Below are positions 16,246-25,008 of a stretch of DNA of 32,000 bases, piece after piece. The notes under the pieces are model-generated. The model saw only the letters and a program-made list of their open reading frames with translations. It searched no databases and was not told the origin of the DNA. Numbering within the stretch: position 1 is the stretch's first letter; each line of letters begins with the position of its first letter. The position numbers and the translations under genes were made by a program. Origin of the DNA: Coprobacillaceae bacterium (GTDB lineage: Bacteria > Bacillota_I > Bacilli_A > Erysipelotrichales > Coprobacillaceae); assembly GCA_963675915.1 (NCBI GenBank), contig OY780959.1, positions 1,830,001-1,862,000 of the forward strand. The letters are read 5' to 3'.

Positions 16246-16480
16246 AGTATGCCCCTTCAGGAGCGATTGAGAAATATAAGACTTTCCCATCAGGTGTAGC
16301 TTTGAAGATCGCTTTGCAGTGATCAGCTGCAGCTTGTGGTTCAAGTTCAGTTTCGCAATCCATGTAAGCACGAATTCCTTGAACTTTATCCAGTTTCACC
16401 TTAACTTTGTCATCTTCATACCCATCGAAAAAAGATGTTAACTTTTTAACTTGGGCAGTACTCATCATTAATTTTACCAT
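16244..16480 (-). CDS. Small hypothetical protein (78 aa)
   Basis: GGAGGT RBS 8 nt before the ATG. Candidate extended -10 promoter TGaTATAAT (about 16500-16508). The sequence MVKLMMSTAQVKKLTSFFDGYEDDKVKVKLDKVQGIRAYMDCE... matches no family I recognise. Confidence 0.5.
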   Translation of the reverse strand: MVKLMMSTAQVKKLTSFFDGYEDDKVKVKLDKVQGIRAYMDCETELEPQAAADHCKAIFKATPDGKVLYFSIAPEGAY

Positions 16481-16548
16481 ACTAATTACCTCCGACGTAA
16501 TTATATCATAATCAGTTATGGCAATTATTTTTTTTTCAAATTTTGAAT

Positions 16549-17307
16549 TTAATCGAAAATAGATTTCAAGAACTGTTTTGTCCGTTCTTTTTTCGGGTTC
16601 GTGAACATCACTTCCGGCGCACCATCTTCATAAATCCCCCCATCGTACATGAATACGATTCTATCACTTACTTCACGGGCGAATTTCATCTCATGAGTCA
16701 CAATTACCATGGTCATCCCTTCATCAGCCAGTTCCCGGATTACATTGAGAACCTCACCGACAAGTTCGATATCCAAGGCGCTGGTAGGCTCATCGAATAG
16801 CATGATGTCCGGTTGCATCGCCAATGCTCTGGCAATGGCCACCCGTTGCTGCTGTCCGCCTGAAAGACTAGATGGATAGGCATCCAGCTTGTCCGACAGA
16901 CCGACTCTATCAATCAAATCAACTGCGATTTCTTTGACAACCTTAGGATCTTTCTTTTGGACATTGATTGGCGCCAACATTACATTTTCCAGCACGGTTT
17001 TATGTGGGAAAAGGTTGAACGATTGGAACACCATTCCGGTTTTAGTCAGGATTCTGGTGAAGTTATCCTTCGAAATCCCACTGATTTCCTTACCGTTTTC
17101 AACGTGGGAAAGCAATTCATCTTCAATGTAGATTTTACCCGAAGTGATTGTCTCCAACTGGTTTATTGATCTAAGGAGGGTCGATTTCCCGGCCCCTGAA
17201 GGTCCGATAATGGTAACGACTTCTCCTTTGGTTACTTCAAGGTCAACATCTTTCAAGACCATATGCGAACCAAAGCTCTTGCACAAGTCCTCACATTTTA
17301 TCATCAT
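16549..17307 (-). CDS. Polar amino-acid ABC transporter ATP-binding protein (second system)
   Basis: Walker [42 protein letters not shown]. Confidence 0.92.
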   Translation of the reverse strand: MMIKCEDLCKSFGSHMVLKDVDLEVTKGEVVTIIGPSGAGKSTLLRSINQLETITSGKIYIEDELLSHVENGKEISGISKDNFTRILTKTGMVFQSFNLFPHKTVLENVMLAPINVQKKDPKVVKEIAVDLIDRVGLSDKLDAYPSSLSGGQQQRVAIARALAMQPDIMLFDEPTSALDIELVGEVLNVIRELADEGMTMVIVTHEMKFAREVSDRIVFMYDGGIYEDGAPEVMFTNPKKERTKQFLKSIFD

Positions 17308-17321
17308 GTTCAGTCAACCTC

Positions 17322-17978
17322 CTAATATTTCGAATGACGGATTTCCAAACGCTTGAAAATCAGCGTGAAGATAGCCGTAATAATCAAATAGATGATCATC
17401 GCTGGGATGTACACCAATGAAGTTCCCGACGAAGACTGAATCGAACGGGTAACCTTGGTCAAATCTTCCAAAGCGATAATAGAAACAAGCGATGCATCTT
17501 TAAGCATCATGATGAATTCATTACCCAACGGGGGAATCAGTCTTCTGATTGACTGTGGGATAATGATTAGACGCATGGTCTGAGCATACGACAATCCCAA
17601 GGCTTTACCCGCCTCGTATTGTCCTTTGGGAATTGATTCCAAAGCAGCTCTGATAATTTCCGCACAATATGCCGCTGAGTTCAAAGTGAACGCCAGCCAG
17701 GCCGCGAGGAATCGCGACTGAATAATCAATAACGGTGAAATCAAAGGAAAGCCAAACCAGACAAAGTATAATTGCATCAGCAATGGAGTCCCTCTGAAAA
17801 AGAAGATATACGCATCACAGAATTTGTTGATGGCTGTAATCTTGCTCATCTTACCAAGAGCTAAAAATATTGATAGGAATACTCCGGAGATTACCGAAGC
17901 GATTGTTAACAGGATTGTGATTCTCGCCCCGTTCAATAGCGGGGGAATCCAAGTAATAATCTGGTCTATTTTAATCAC
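17322..17978 (-). CDS. Polar amino-acid ABC transporter permease (second system)
   Basis: Membrane protein with the EAA loop (IPKGQYEAGKALGLSYAQTMRLIIIPQS). Confidence 0.9.
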   Translation of the reverse strand: MIKIDQIITWIPPLLNGARITILLTIASVISGVFLSIFLALGKMSKITAINKFCDAYIFFFRGTPLLMQLYFVWFGFPLISPLLIIQSRFLAAWLAFTLNSAAYCAEIIRAALESIPKGQYEAGKALGLSYAQTMRLIIIPQSIRRLIPPLGNEFIMMLKDASLVSIIALEDLTKVTRSIQSSSGTSLVYIPAMIIYLIITAIFTLIFKRLEIRHSKY

Positions 17979-17985
17979 TCCCTAA

Positions 17986-18783
17986 TTAACGAATACTTGA
18001 AACTACGTCCATACCGAACCATTCGTTCGATAATTCTACTAATGTTCCTTCATCATATAATTCTGTCAAAGCATCATTGATTTCTTGGACTAATTCATCA
18101 TTATCTTTACGGATTGCAATCGCGATGATTTCTTCAGCAGGACCTTGGTATGCCAGGCTGAATTGATCTTCTTTGATGTAGTCAACAGCAACTAAAGAAT
18201 CAGATACAACAGCATCCAAGCGACCTGAAGCCAAATCAGCATAGGCATTCATTACCACGTCATATTCATTAACTGAAATATCCAAATCCGGATTATCAGT
18301 GATGAATTGTGTCAACGCAACATCACTTGTTGTTTCCGCTTGGTAACCAACTCTTAAACCGTCAAGATCTTCAAATGAAGAAACAGAATCATTGTCAGAC
18401 ATAACAACGATTGATTGGGCATTTCCCAAATAACCAGTTGAGAACGCCATTGTTTCAGCTCTTTTGTCAGTGTAAGTAACCGCTGAACAGACGATATCAT
18501 AACGATTTGAGTTCAAACCATCGAAAATACCGTCCCAAGCCGAGTTGATAAGGTCAACTTCATATCCCAATTTGTCGCCAAGGGCATTGATCAAATCGAT
18601 ATCGAATCCAATTGGAGTAGTTCCATCTTCATCAAAATATTCGAATGGTGGATATCCGATCTCAAGACCCACACTCAAAACACCGTCTTTTACTAATTTT
18701 CCAGCTTCGGTATCTGCAGATGAACTACAACCAAACAGCGAAAAAGATAAAACCATAGTTAATAACACTTTTACTAATTTCAT
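17986..18783 (-). CDS. Polar amino-acid ABC transporter substrate-binding lipoprotein (second system)
   Basis: Lipobox LSFSLFGC. Family-3 SBP core (LSVGLEIGYPPFEYFDEDG, FDIDL, VTYTDKRAETMAFS). Confidence 0.9.
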   Translation of the reverse strand: MKLVKVLLTMVLSFSLFGCSSSADTEAGKLVKDGVLSVGLEIGYPPFEYFDEDGTTPIGFDIDLINALGDKLGYEVDLINSAWDGIFDGLNSNRYDIVCSAVTYTDKRAETMAFSTGYLGNAQSIVVMSDNDSVSSFEDLDGLRVGYQAETTSDVALTQFITDNPDLDISVNEYDVVMNAYADLASGRLDAVVSDSLVAVDYIKEDQFSLAYQGPAEEIIAIAIRKDNDELVQEINDALTELYDEGTLVELSNEWFGMDVVSSIR

Positions 18784-18901
18784 AAACTCTCCTACCTCTC
18801 ACTTTTTATTAAAGTAATTTAATAAATTTATTTTAATAAAAAATTTCGCATAATACAATATTTTTTTCACTTTTGATTCAAAAATGACTAAATTTGTCTC
18901 C

Positions 18902-19675
18902 CTATTCGAACGGATGATCATCGTTAATCAGGATTCGCTCCATTCCAACAGTTTCATTGCCTTGGATTTCGATGATTACTCCACAGAATTGGCCTGACGT
19001 TTCCGCCATCGCAAATTTCGAATGGTGACCTTGCATTCTTTTAGCCGCCAAATCCAAATCAATTCCGATACTCGACTCATAGGGACCGGTCATTCCAACA
19101 TCCGTAATGAACCCCACTCCGCGTAAAACCCGCTCGTCTGCGGTCTGAACATGGGTGTGAGTTCCAATTACTGCATTGGCCTTTCCGGCACAATAAGATG
19201 CAAAAGTGATTTTTTCACTTGTTGCCTCTCCATGAAAATCTATTATATGGATATCGCTCTCCATGTCAAGATATTTGTCGATACTATCGTAAGGATTCGC
19301 ATTCCGGTAATCCATATACACACATCCCAAACAGTTTGTCACTCGAATTTTGGTCCCTTTGACATTGAAAACCCGGCTCCCTACTCCCGGCAACACCTTT
19401 GGCTGGTTATACGGAACTACGATTCTAGTCGCCTCATCAATGTATTCATACAACTCGCGATTATCGAAAGTATGGTTACCCATTGTCATGCAGTCAACCC
19501 CGATGAAAGAAAGTTCATCGTAATGCTTTTTGGTCATCCCGTGACCATGGGTGACATTTTCACAATTCGCAATCACGAAATCCACATCATATTTAGCCTT
19601 GATCCGGTGCAGGTAGTCATCGACCATCTGACGTCCTGTCGAACCGAATATGTCGCCAATAAATAATATTTTCAT
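18902..19675 (-). CDS. ymdB: YmdB-family metallophosphoesterase (2',3'-cyclic-nucleotide phosphodiesterase type)
   Basis: MKILFIGDIFG, NCENVTHGHG, MGNHTFD, IDFHGEATSEK, GTHTHVQTADERV, ITDVGMTGP, C-terminal ERILINDDH. Close to B. subtilis YmdB throughout. GGAGGAAAA RBS before ATG 19675. The track start 19690 is upstream of the RBS. Confidence 0.88.
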   Translation of the reverse strand: MKILFIGDIFGSTGRQMVDDYLHRIKAKYDVDFVIANCENVTHGHGMTKKHYDELSFIGVDCMTMGNHTFDNRELYEYIDEATRIVVPYNQPKVLPGVGSRVFNVKGTKIRVTNCLGCVYMDYRNANPYDSIDKYLDMESDIHIIDFHGEATSEKITFASYCAGKANAVIGTHTHVQTADERVLRGVGFITDVGMTGPYESSIGIDLDLAAKRMQGHHSKFAMAETSGQFCGVIIEIQGNETVGMERILINDDHPFE

Positions 19676-19690
19676 TTTTCCTCCAAACAA

Positions 19691-19716
19691 TTAAAAGATA
19701 GGGGAAGCCCCTATCT
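19691..19716 (-). terminator. Intrinsic terminator or attenuator hairpin between rny and ymdB
   Basis: On the minus strand: AGATAGGGG ctt CCCCTATCT (9 bp) followed by TTTTAATTGTTT. The 5' arm overlaps the rny stop codon, and ymdB starts about 20 nt downstream. Confidence 0.5.
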
Positions 19717-21272
19717 TATTTTGCAACTTCATTAGCACGAATTTCACGTATCACTGTGACTTTGATTTGTCCTGGATAAGTAAGTTCGTCCTCAATTTTT
19801 TTCTTAACTTGTCTTGCAATCTGATGAGCTTTCAAATCATCAACCTTATCAGGTTTAACAATGATTCTGACTTCACGTCCCGCTTGAATAGCGAATACTC
19901 GGTCAACACCTTCAAAATCACAAGCAATTTTTTCTAGTTTTTCCAGACGTTGAATATAATTTTCAATCGTCTCACTACGAGCTCCTGGTCTAGCAGCACT
20001 AAGAGTGTCTGCAGCAGCAACAATAATTGAAATAATAGATGTGGCAGGAACGTCTCCGTGATGGGATTCAATCGAATTCAAGACAATATCTTTTTCACCA
20101 TGTTTTTTGGCAAATTTATATCCAAGTTCAATATGACTTCCTTCCATCTCGTGATCCAATCCTTTACCGATATCGTGTAAAAGACCAGCTCTTTTAGCTA
20201 ACTGTTGGTTGATTCCCAATTCCGAAGCCATAATGCCCGATAAATGAGCGACTTCCAAAGAGTGAACCAAAGCATTTTGACCATAGCTGGTACGGTATTT
20301 GAGCTTCCCAATAGTTCTAATGATTTCTTTGTCAATTTTAGAGATTCCAAGTTCGAAGATTGCATCCTCACCGGCTTGGCGAATGACTTCGTCAAGTTCC
20401 TTACGAGTTTTAGCAACAACTTCTTCAATTCGGCCTGGCTGAATCCGGCCGTCTTTAATAAGTTTTTCCAATGATAAACGAGCCACTTCACGGCGAATCG
20501 GATCAAAACAAGATATTGTGATCGCTTCAGGAGTATCATCAATAATCAAGTCGGCTCCGGTAGCCTGCTCGATTGCTTTGATGTTTCGTCCTTCTCTACC
20601 GATGATTCTACCCTTCATTTCTTCCGAAGGCAGGGCTACTGTCGCAACAGTACGCTCAACCACCGTTTCTTGGGCATATCGTTCCAGAGCATGGGCAATT
20701 ACTTCCCTTGCTTTGACATTGGCTTTGTTTTGGGCTTCTTCTTCCTGTTCTTTGATATAGGCTGTCATTTCCTGAGCCGTTTCCTGTTCGACTTGTCTGA
20801 ACAGTTCTTCTTTGGCTTCAGATGCCGTCATTGCCGCAACTTTTTCAAGCTCACCAATTTTTGCATCAATCTTCTCTTGAAGTTTGATCTCAAATTTTTC
20901 CAAACCTAACTCTCGTTTGTCCAGTTGGGTTACCCTTCTAGACAGGGATTCTTCTTTTCCCGATAATTGGGCGTCCCTTTTTTCAATACCTTTTTCTCTT
21001 TGACGTAAATCTTTTTCAAGCTTAGCTATTTCGCCTTTACTCTCTTTTATTTCTTTTTCAGCAGCCAGCTTTAACTCATAAGCCTGGCTTTTGGCATCAA
21101 CACTTGCTTCTTTGATAATATTTTCAGCGTTGCGTTGTGCATCTTCAATTATTTTTGATGCGCTAACATTTGCCCGCGAGATTTGCATTTTTTCTAAAAT
21201 AAAAAAAATGAGAAATCCAACAGCAACTGCTATAACATAGGAGAAAATAGTCAACGTATTTAAATCTTGCAT
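19716..21272 (-). CDS. rny: Ribonuclease Y
   Basis: N-terminal TM helix, long coiled-coil, KH domain (GRIIGREGRNIKAIE), HD domain (HSLEVAHLSG...LLHDIGK). AGGAGG RBS before ATG 21272 (MQDLNTL...). The upstream 25 codons in the track have no RBS. Confidence 0.92.
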   Translation of the reverse strand: MQDLNTLTIFSYVIAVAVGFLIFFILEKMQISRANVSASKIIEDAQRNAENIIKEASVDAKSQAYELKLAAEKEIKESKGEIAKLEKDLRQREKGIEKRDAQLSGKEESLSRRVTQLDKRELGLEKFEIKLQEKIDAKIGELEKVAAMTASEAKEELFRQVEQETAQEMTAYIKEQEEEAQNKANVKAREVIAHALERYAQETVVERTVATVALPSEEMKGRIIGREGRNIKAIEQATGADLIIDDTPEAITISCFDPIRREVARLSLEKLIKDGRIQPGRIEEVVAKTRKELDEVIRQAGEDAIFELGISKIDKEIIRTIGKLKYRTSYGQNALVHSLEVAHLSGIMASELGINQQLAKRAGLLHDIGKGLDHEMEGSHIELGYKFAKKHGEKDIVLNSIESHHGDVPATSIISIIVAAADTLSAARPGARSETIENYIQRLEKLEKIACDFEGVDRVFAIQAGREVRIIVKPDKVDDLKAHQIARQVKKKIEDELTYPGQIKVTVIREIRANEVAK

Positions 21273-21313
21273 AAAATGCCTCCTATTTCCAAATGTGTTG
21301 TAAACACTCCTAT

Positions 21314-21342
21314 ATTGTAACAAGTTTAGAAAAAAATTACAA
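21314..21342 (-). promoter_or_regulatory. Candidate sigma-A promoter of rny
   Basis: On the minus strand: TTGTAA (21342-21337), 17 nt, TACAAT (21319-21314). Confidence 0.45.
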
Positions 21343-21371
21343 TACAATGTATTAACTTTGTAAGTGCTTTC

Positions 21372-21416
21372 TAAAAAAATAAGCCAATTCTTTTCCCATT
21401 CGGGAGAGAATTGGCT
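21372..21416 (-). terminator. Terminator of recA
   Basis: AGCCAATTCT ... (inner TCCC attc GGGA) ... AGAATTGGCT followed by TATTTTTTT on the minus strand. Confidence 0.65.
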
Positions 21417-21420
21417 CGAA

Positions 21421-22440
21421 TTAAATAGCTTTTTCCTGCTTAAGTGTTTCTAATATCTGACTGGTGATATCATCCATGATTTCCGGATGAGATTCCAGGA
21501 AAATTTTAGAATTTTCGCGACCTTGGCCGATTTTATCACCTTTATAGGCATACCAGGCTCCTGATTTATCAACAACATCTTTTTCCACCGCCAAGTCAAG
21601 AACCTCACCGGTACGGGAAATGCCCTTACCGTAAATGATGTCGACCTGGGTCGCCTTGAATGGAGGTGAAACTTTGTTTTTGACAACCTTGATTTTCGTC
21701 TTGTTACCGACGATATCGGTGCCTTGCTTGATTGCTTCGGATCTGCGGATCTCGATTCGCACTGATGAGTAGAATTTCAATGCCCGTCCACCGGTCGTGG
21801 TTTCGGGATTACCGAACATTACCCCGATTTTTTCACGGAGCTGATTGATGAAAATTATAGTACAGTCCGATTTGTTGATAACCGGCGAGAGTTTTCTTAA
21901 AGCTTTCGACATCAATCGCGCCTGAAGCCCCATTTGGCTATCACCCATTTCCCCATCAATTTCAACTTGGGGAACCAATGCTGCCACCGAATCGACTACC
22001 ACCAAGTCAATCGCTCCGGATCTTACCAGGGTTTCCGCAATTTCAAGTCCCTGCTCACCACTGTCAGGTTGCGCCAGTATAAGTTCATCGATATTGACAC
22101 CCAAATTACGGGCATAGACTGGATCGATTGCGTGTTCAGCGTCGATAAAAGCTGCCCTGCCACCTTGTTTTTGAACTTCCGCAATGGCGTGAAGCGTCAA
22201 TGTTGTTTTACCTGAAGATTCAGGTCCGTATATTTCGACGATTCTCCCTTTGGGATAGCCGCCGATTCCAAGTGCGATATCAAGAGTCAAAGAGCCAGTC
22301 GGGATTACATCAACCTCGACCGAAGTCCGCTCACCAAGGCGCATGACCGCTCCTTTACCATATTGTTTTTCCAACTGTTTTATCGCTTCATTCAATGCCT
22401 GTTCTTTTTTGTCCAAAACTTGTTCACTTTTTCTAACCAT
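21421..22440 (-). CDS. recA: Recombinase RecA
   Basis: [17 protein letters not shown] Walker [41 protein letters not shown]. Unambiguous. Confidence 0.98.
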   Translation of the reverse strand: MVRKSEQVLDKKEQALNEAIKQLEKQYGKGAVMRLGERTSVEVDVIPTGSLTLDIALGIGGYPKGRIVEIYGPESSGKTTLTLHAIAEVQKQGGRAAFIDAEHAIDPVYARNLGVNIDELILAQPDSGEQGLEIAETLVRSGAIDLVVVDSVAALVPQVEIDGEMGDSQMGLQARLMSKALRKLSPVINKSDCTIIFINQLREKIGVMFGNPETTTGGRALKFYSSVRIEIRRSEAIKQGTDIVGNKTKIKVVKNKVSPPFKATQVDIIYGKGISRTGEVLDLAVEKDVVDKSGAWYAYKGDKIGQGRENSKIFLESHPEIMDDITSQILETLKQEKAI

Positions 22441-22482
22441 AACAACGCCTCCTACAATATATATACCCTTGCATCAATCGCA

Positions 22483-22935
22483 TTACTTTAAATTATCAAG
22501 TATTTTCCGAGCGGCAAAATCAATCGCCTGTTCTATTATTTCCTGACGTCCACCCTTAAGGTGCAACTCATACACATTTACTTTTTCCATCTTGATGCCG
22601 ATATATACCAGACCGATTTCCTTGTCTTCCATTACTTCGGGACCGGCATTCCCGGTAAAACTGACCGTTATATCACTGTTAAACAGTTTATGGCCGCTCA
22701 TGGCCATCAGCCCGGCAATTTCCTTGGAAACAACCCCGTATTTATCAATCGTTTCTTGGCTGATTGCCAAAAGTCTTTCTTTGACATCATTCTGATAAGA
22801 CACCAAAGCCCCACGGAACACTTTTGATATTCCAGGATTCTTGCCTAGCTCTGCCGCAAAATTACCGACAGTGAACGATTCAACCGAAGCGATCGAAATG
22901 TTGCGTCCGATCAACAGTTTAGCCAACTCTTTCAT
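22483..22935 (-). CDS. cinA: CinA-family protein, C-terminal (PncC-like nicotinamide-nucleotide amidase) domain only
   Basis: 150 aa with the CinA C-terminal fold signature (IASVESFTVGNFA..., VSYQNDVKE, VSFTGNAGP). In the pgsA-cinA-recA position, as in Bacillus. The N-terminal MoCF-type domain is absent. Confidence 0.8.
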   Translation of the reverse strand: MKELAKLLIGRNISIASVESFTVGNFAAELGKNPGISKVFRGALVSYQNDVKERLLAISQETIDKYGVVSKEIAGLMAMSGHKLFNSDITVSFTGNAGPEVMEDKEIGLVYIGIKMEKVNVYELHLKGGRQEIIEQAIDFAARKILDNLK

Positions 22936-23516
22936 TAGACCGACTCCAGGATGATGTCTTTGTTTTTAACGAAATAATCGATTCCGCTGATTAGGGAAAC
23001 CACTGTGGCAATTCCAATCAAGAACAAATCGACTCTGACTCCCATAAGTGAAAATGGGATGTTTCTTAGTAGCAACATGATTATCGCAAACATTTGCGCC
23101 ACTGTCTTAAGTTTACCCCAAGGACTTGCGGCGATAACTCGGTTATTGCTTGCTGCCACCAATCTGATTGCATCAACTACCATGTCACGGCTGATCATGA
23201 TGATTGGAACGATGATAGGGATTGTTCCATCACCTGCCAATAGCAGCAATACCGAATTCACCAATAGCTTATCCGCAATCGGATCGGCAAACTTTCCAAA
23301 TGTCGTTATCAGGTTATATTTTCTGGCAATCATCCCATCAAGGAAATCAGTAACTGAGGCGATTGCGAAAATAACCAAAGTAATTATATCAATGATACTG
23401 ATTGAAGTGTTCATCAGTTCGTATTCAGGCACATTGCCAAATGGGAATATGAAGATAACGACAATCATCGGTACCATCACAATTCGCAGCAATGTCAATT
23501 TATTAGGTAAGTTCAT
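22935..23516 (-). CDS. pgsA: CDP-diacylglycerol--glycerol-3-phosphate 3-phosphatidyltransferase
   Basis: MNLPNKLTLLRI, CDP-alcohol phosphatidyltransferase motif DFLDGMIARKYNLITTFGKFADPIADK. Multi-TM. Confidence 0.9.
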   Translation of the reverse strand: MNLPNKLTLLRIVMVPMIVVIFIFPFGNVPEYELMNTSISIIDIITLVIFAIASVTDFLDGMIARKYNLITTFGKFADPIADKLLVNSVLLLLAGDGTIPIIVPIIMISRDMVVDAIRLVAASNNRVIAASPWGKLKTVAQMFAIIMLLLRNIPFSLMGVRVDLFLIGIATVVSLISGIDYFVKNKDIILESV

Positions 23517-23517
23517 C

Positions 23518-24510
23518 TTATTTCTCCAGGTTCATAACAAAATGTGAGACTGTATTGTTGTAATCAGAAGCATCGACCGCCAATTCAACATCATTTACAT
23601 AGAAGCGATGGCCGTTATTATAACCGATTGTCAAATCCAGATTATCGAATTCGGCCACATCAAATGTGATTTCCACAACTTCCCCTTCATCCTGCAAGTC
23701 ATTGTCGGCATTGTCGTTATTATAAATGATTTGGGCGAAATCCCCATACGTAGCTCCGTTGACATCCAACGCCGCCCAAGTTCTGCCAACAAAGACAACT
23801 TTGAATGTGAATGTCTGCACATCCTCAGGCAAGCTAACTGTATAGTTCAAGGCACCGTTTTTCACATATTCCACTTGAGGGGCCGCCGGCGTCTCAATAA
23901 TGTCACTAGGATTTTCCTGCTCGGGATCACTTGAAGAATCGGTATCTTCCGTCCCATCCGGATTGTTTGTAACTACCGGAGCTGCAACATCATCAAAATC
24001 GCTGTCACTTGATTGTGAAGTGAATGTGTTGATTCCCCAGAATATCGCCAAAATCGCCACCACCACCAGAACAAAGACTATTAGATAACGGATATTATCT
24101 CGTAAATGATTATTGCGATACACTCGCTTCGAACGATTTTTCTTTCTGATTGAAGATACTTTCTTCAAATCAGTCAATGTATCATTCAAATTTGTTGTAA
24201 ATGTATTTTCCTGTTCCTGACTGGCTTTTTTTTCCTTTTCAAGATTTGTTTTTTTTATCTCGCTCAGGGAAATTTCGTGGGTAATATCCAAATATGAATC
24301 AATCAGTTCTTTTTCATTGAGATTATAAAATGCAGCTAATCTTTTAATATAGTTTTTTACATACAGTTCATCCCGACGGTATTTTTCAAATTTTTCATTT
24401 TCTATGTCATTGATTATCGCTCGTGATATTTTCGTGGTCTTGCTTACCTCGTCAACGGTCAAGCCCTGTTCTTCACGAGCGGCCTTGAATGACGCTCCTA
24501 TTGTTTTCAC
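23518..24510 (-). CDS. rodZ: RodZ/YmfM-like HTH membrane protein
   Basis: XRE-type HTH (LTVDEVSKTTKISRAIINDIEN), single TM (IRYLIVFVLVVVAILAIFWGI), acidic linker, C-terminal beta domain. GTG start with a GGAGG RBS. In the ymfM position upstream of pgsA. Confidence 0.75.
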   Translation of the reverse strand: MKTIGASFKAAREEQGLTVDEVSKTTKISRAIINDIENEKFEKYRRDELYVKNYIKRLAAFYNLNEKELIDSYLDITHEISLSEIKKTNLEKEKKASQEQENTFTTNLNDTLTDLKKVSSIRKKNRSKRVYRNNHLRDNIRYLIVFVLVVVAILAIFWGINTFTSQSSDSDFDDVAAPVVTNNPDGTEDTDSSSDPEQENPSDIIETPAAPQVEYVKNGALNYTVSLPEDVQTFTFKVVFVGRTWAALDVNGATYGDFAQIIYNNDNADNDLQDEGEVVEITFDVAEFDNLDLTIGYNNGHRFYVNDVELAVDASDYNNTVSHFVMNLEK

Positions 24511-24544
24511 TGTTTAATCCTCCACATCGAAATCTTTTTTATTA

Positions 24545-24582
24545 TAACAAAAACCCACTTATTTTGAAAGAATAATAAGTGG
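24545..24582 (-). terminator. Second (tandem) terminator downstream of rnpB, upstream of the rodZ promoter
   Basis: On the minus strand: CCACTTATT (10-nt loop) AATAAGTGG followed by GTTTTTGTT. Confidence 0.45.
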
Positions 24583-24605
24583 TGCCTGATAATTTAAATT
24601 ATTAA

Positions 24606-24635
24606 TCAAAATAAAAAGTTACCCTCATAGATAAC
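24606..24635 (-). terminator. Terminator of rnpB
   Basis: On the minus strand: GUUAUC uaugag GGUAAC (with one U-G pair, minus-strand specific) followed by UUUUUAUUUU. Confidence 0.5.
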
Positions 24636-24978
24636 TAATTAATTGCTCACCCGTAAGCCAAGTTCTGTTCTAGATGATTATTTATCTACGGTTTCCCGTC
24701 TAGTCTCCGGTTCGATTCCCTTTGACCAATTCCCCTACCAAAATTTGGGTTTCTTCCTTGCAGAGTTTACCTCTTTTCAGCTCGTTTTTTCAAACGAGAA
24801 TAGTCTCTGTGGCACTTTATGAGCTAGTTACCGTAGTTTCCCTTAGGCGTTCACCCCGTCGTTAGTCATCGACTACCTGCACTTATTTATTCGCACAGTA
24901 CAAACACTACAAGCATCACAGCTTGTGGAAGCCTGGACTTTCCTCTACATTGCTGCAGCAATCATCCGATGAGCATTA
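24636..24978 (-). ncRNA. rnpB: RNase P RNA, type B (Bacillus-type)
   Basis: The reverse complement contains the universal and type-B blocks in the correct order. P3 hairpin AUUGCUGCAGCAAU, then GUAGAGGAAAGUCCAGGCUUCCACA (B. subtilis GAGGAAAGUCCAUGCUCGCACGG). Then AAAGUGCCACAGAGAC (B. subtilis AAAGUGCCACAGUGAC) and GAAACCCAAAUUUUGGUAGGGGAA (identical block in B. subtilis). Finally ACAGAACUUGGCUUAC. P1 pairs 5' UGCUCAUC with 3' GGUGAGCA. Adjacent to gpsB, as in B. subtilis. Ends are approximate. Confidence 0.88.
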
Positions 24979-24979
24979 T

Positions 24980-25008
24980 TATAATACCAAAATACTAGGA
25001 TATTGCAA
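24980..25008 (-). promoter_or_regulatory. Candidate promoter of rnpB
   Basis: On the minus strand: TTGCAA (25008-25003), then a 16-19 nt spacer to TATTAT or TATAAT, immediately before the predicted 5' end of the RNA. Confidence 0.4.

Noticed and set aside
18784-18901. T-box or riboswitch leaders upstream of the second ABC importer, guaB (14388-14430) or the gabT-like gene
   Set aside because: The spacers are too short (118 and 43 nt), or lack any conserved riboswitch core, specifier/T-box sequence, or terminator/antiterminator alternative. guaB appears co-transcribed with ymcA.
23005-23547. Long antisense ORFs: 180 aa here, plus 19151..19666, 15827..16270, 29055..29495, 3945..4331, 8848..9198 and 13290..13601
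   Set aside because: Each lies fully inside, and opposite to, a gene with unmistakable family motifs (pgsA, ymdB, miaB, GNAT/nth, PucR, permease, guaB). They have low-complexity or hydrophobic composition and no RBS. They are typical antisense open frames of AT-rich genomes.
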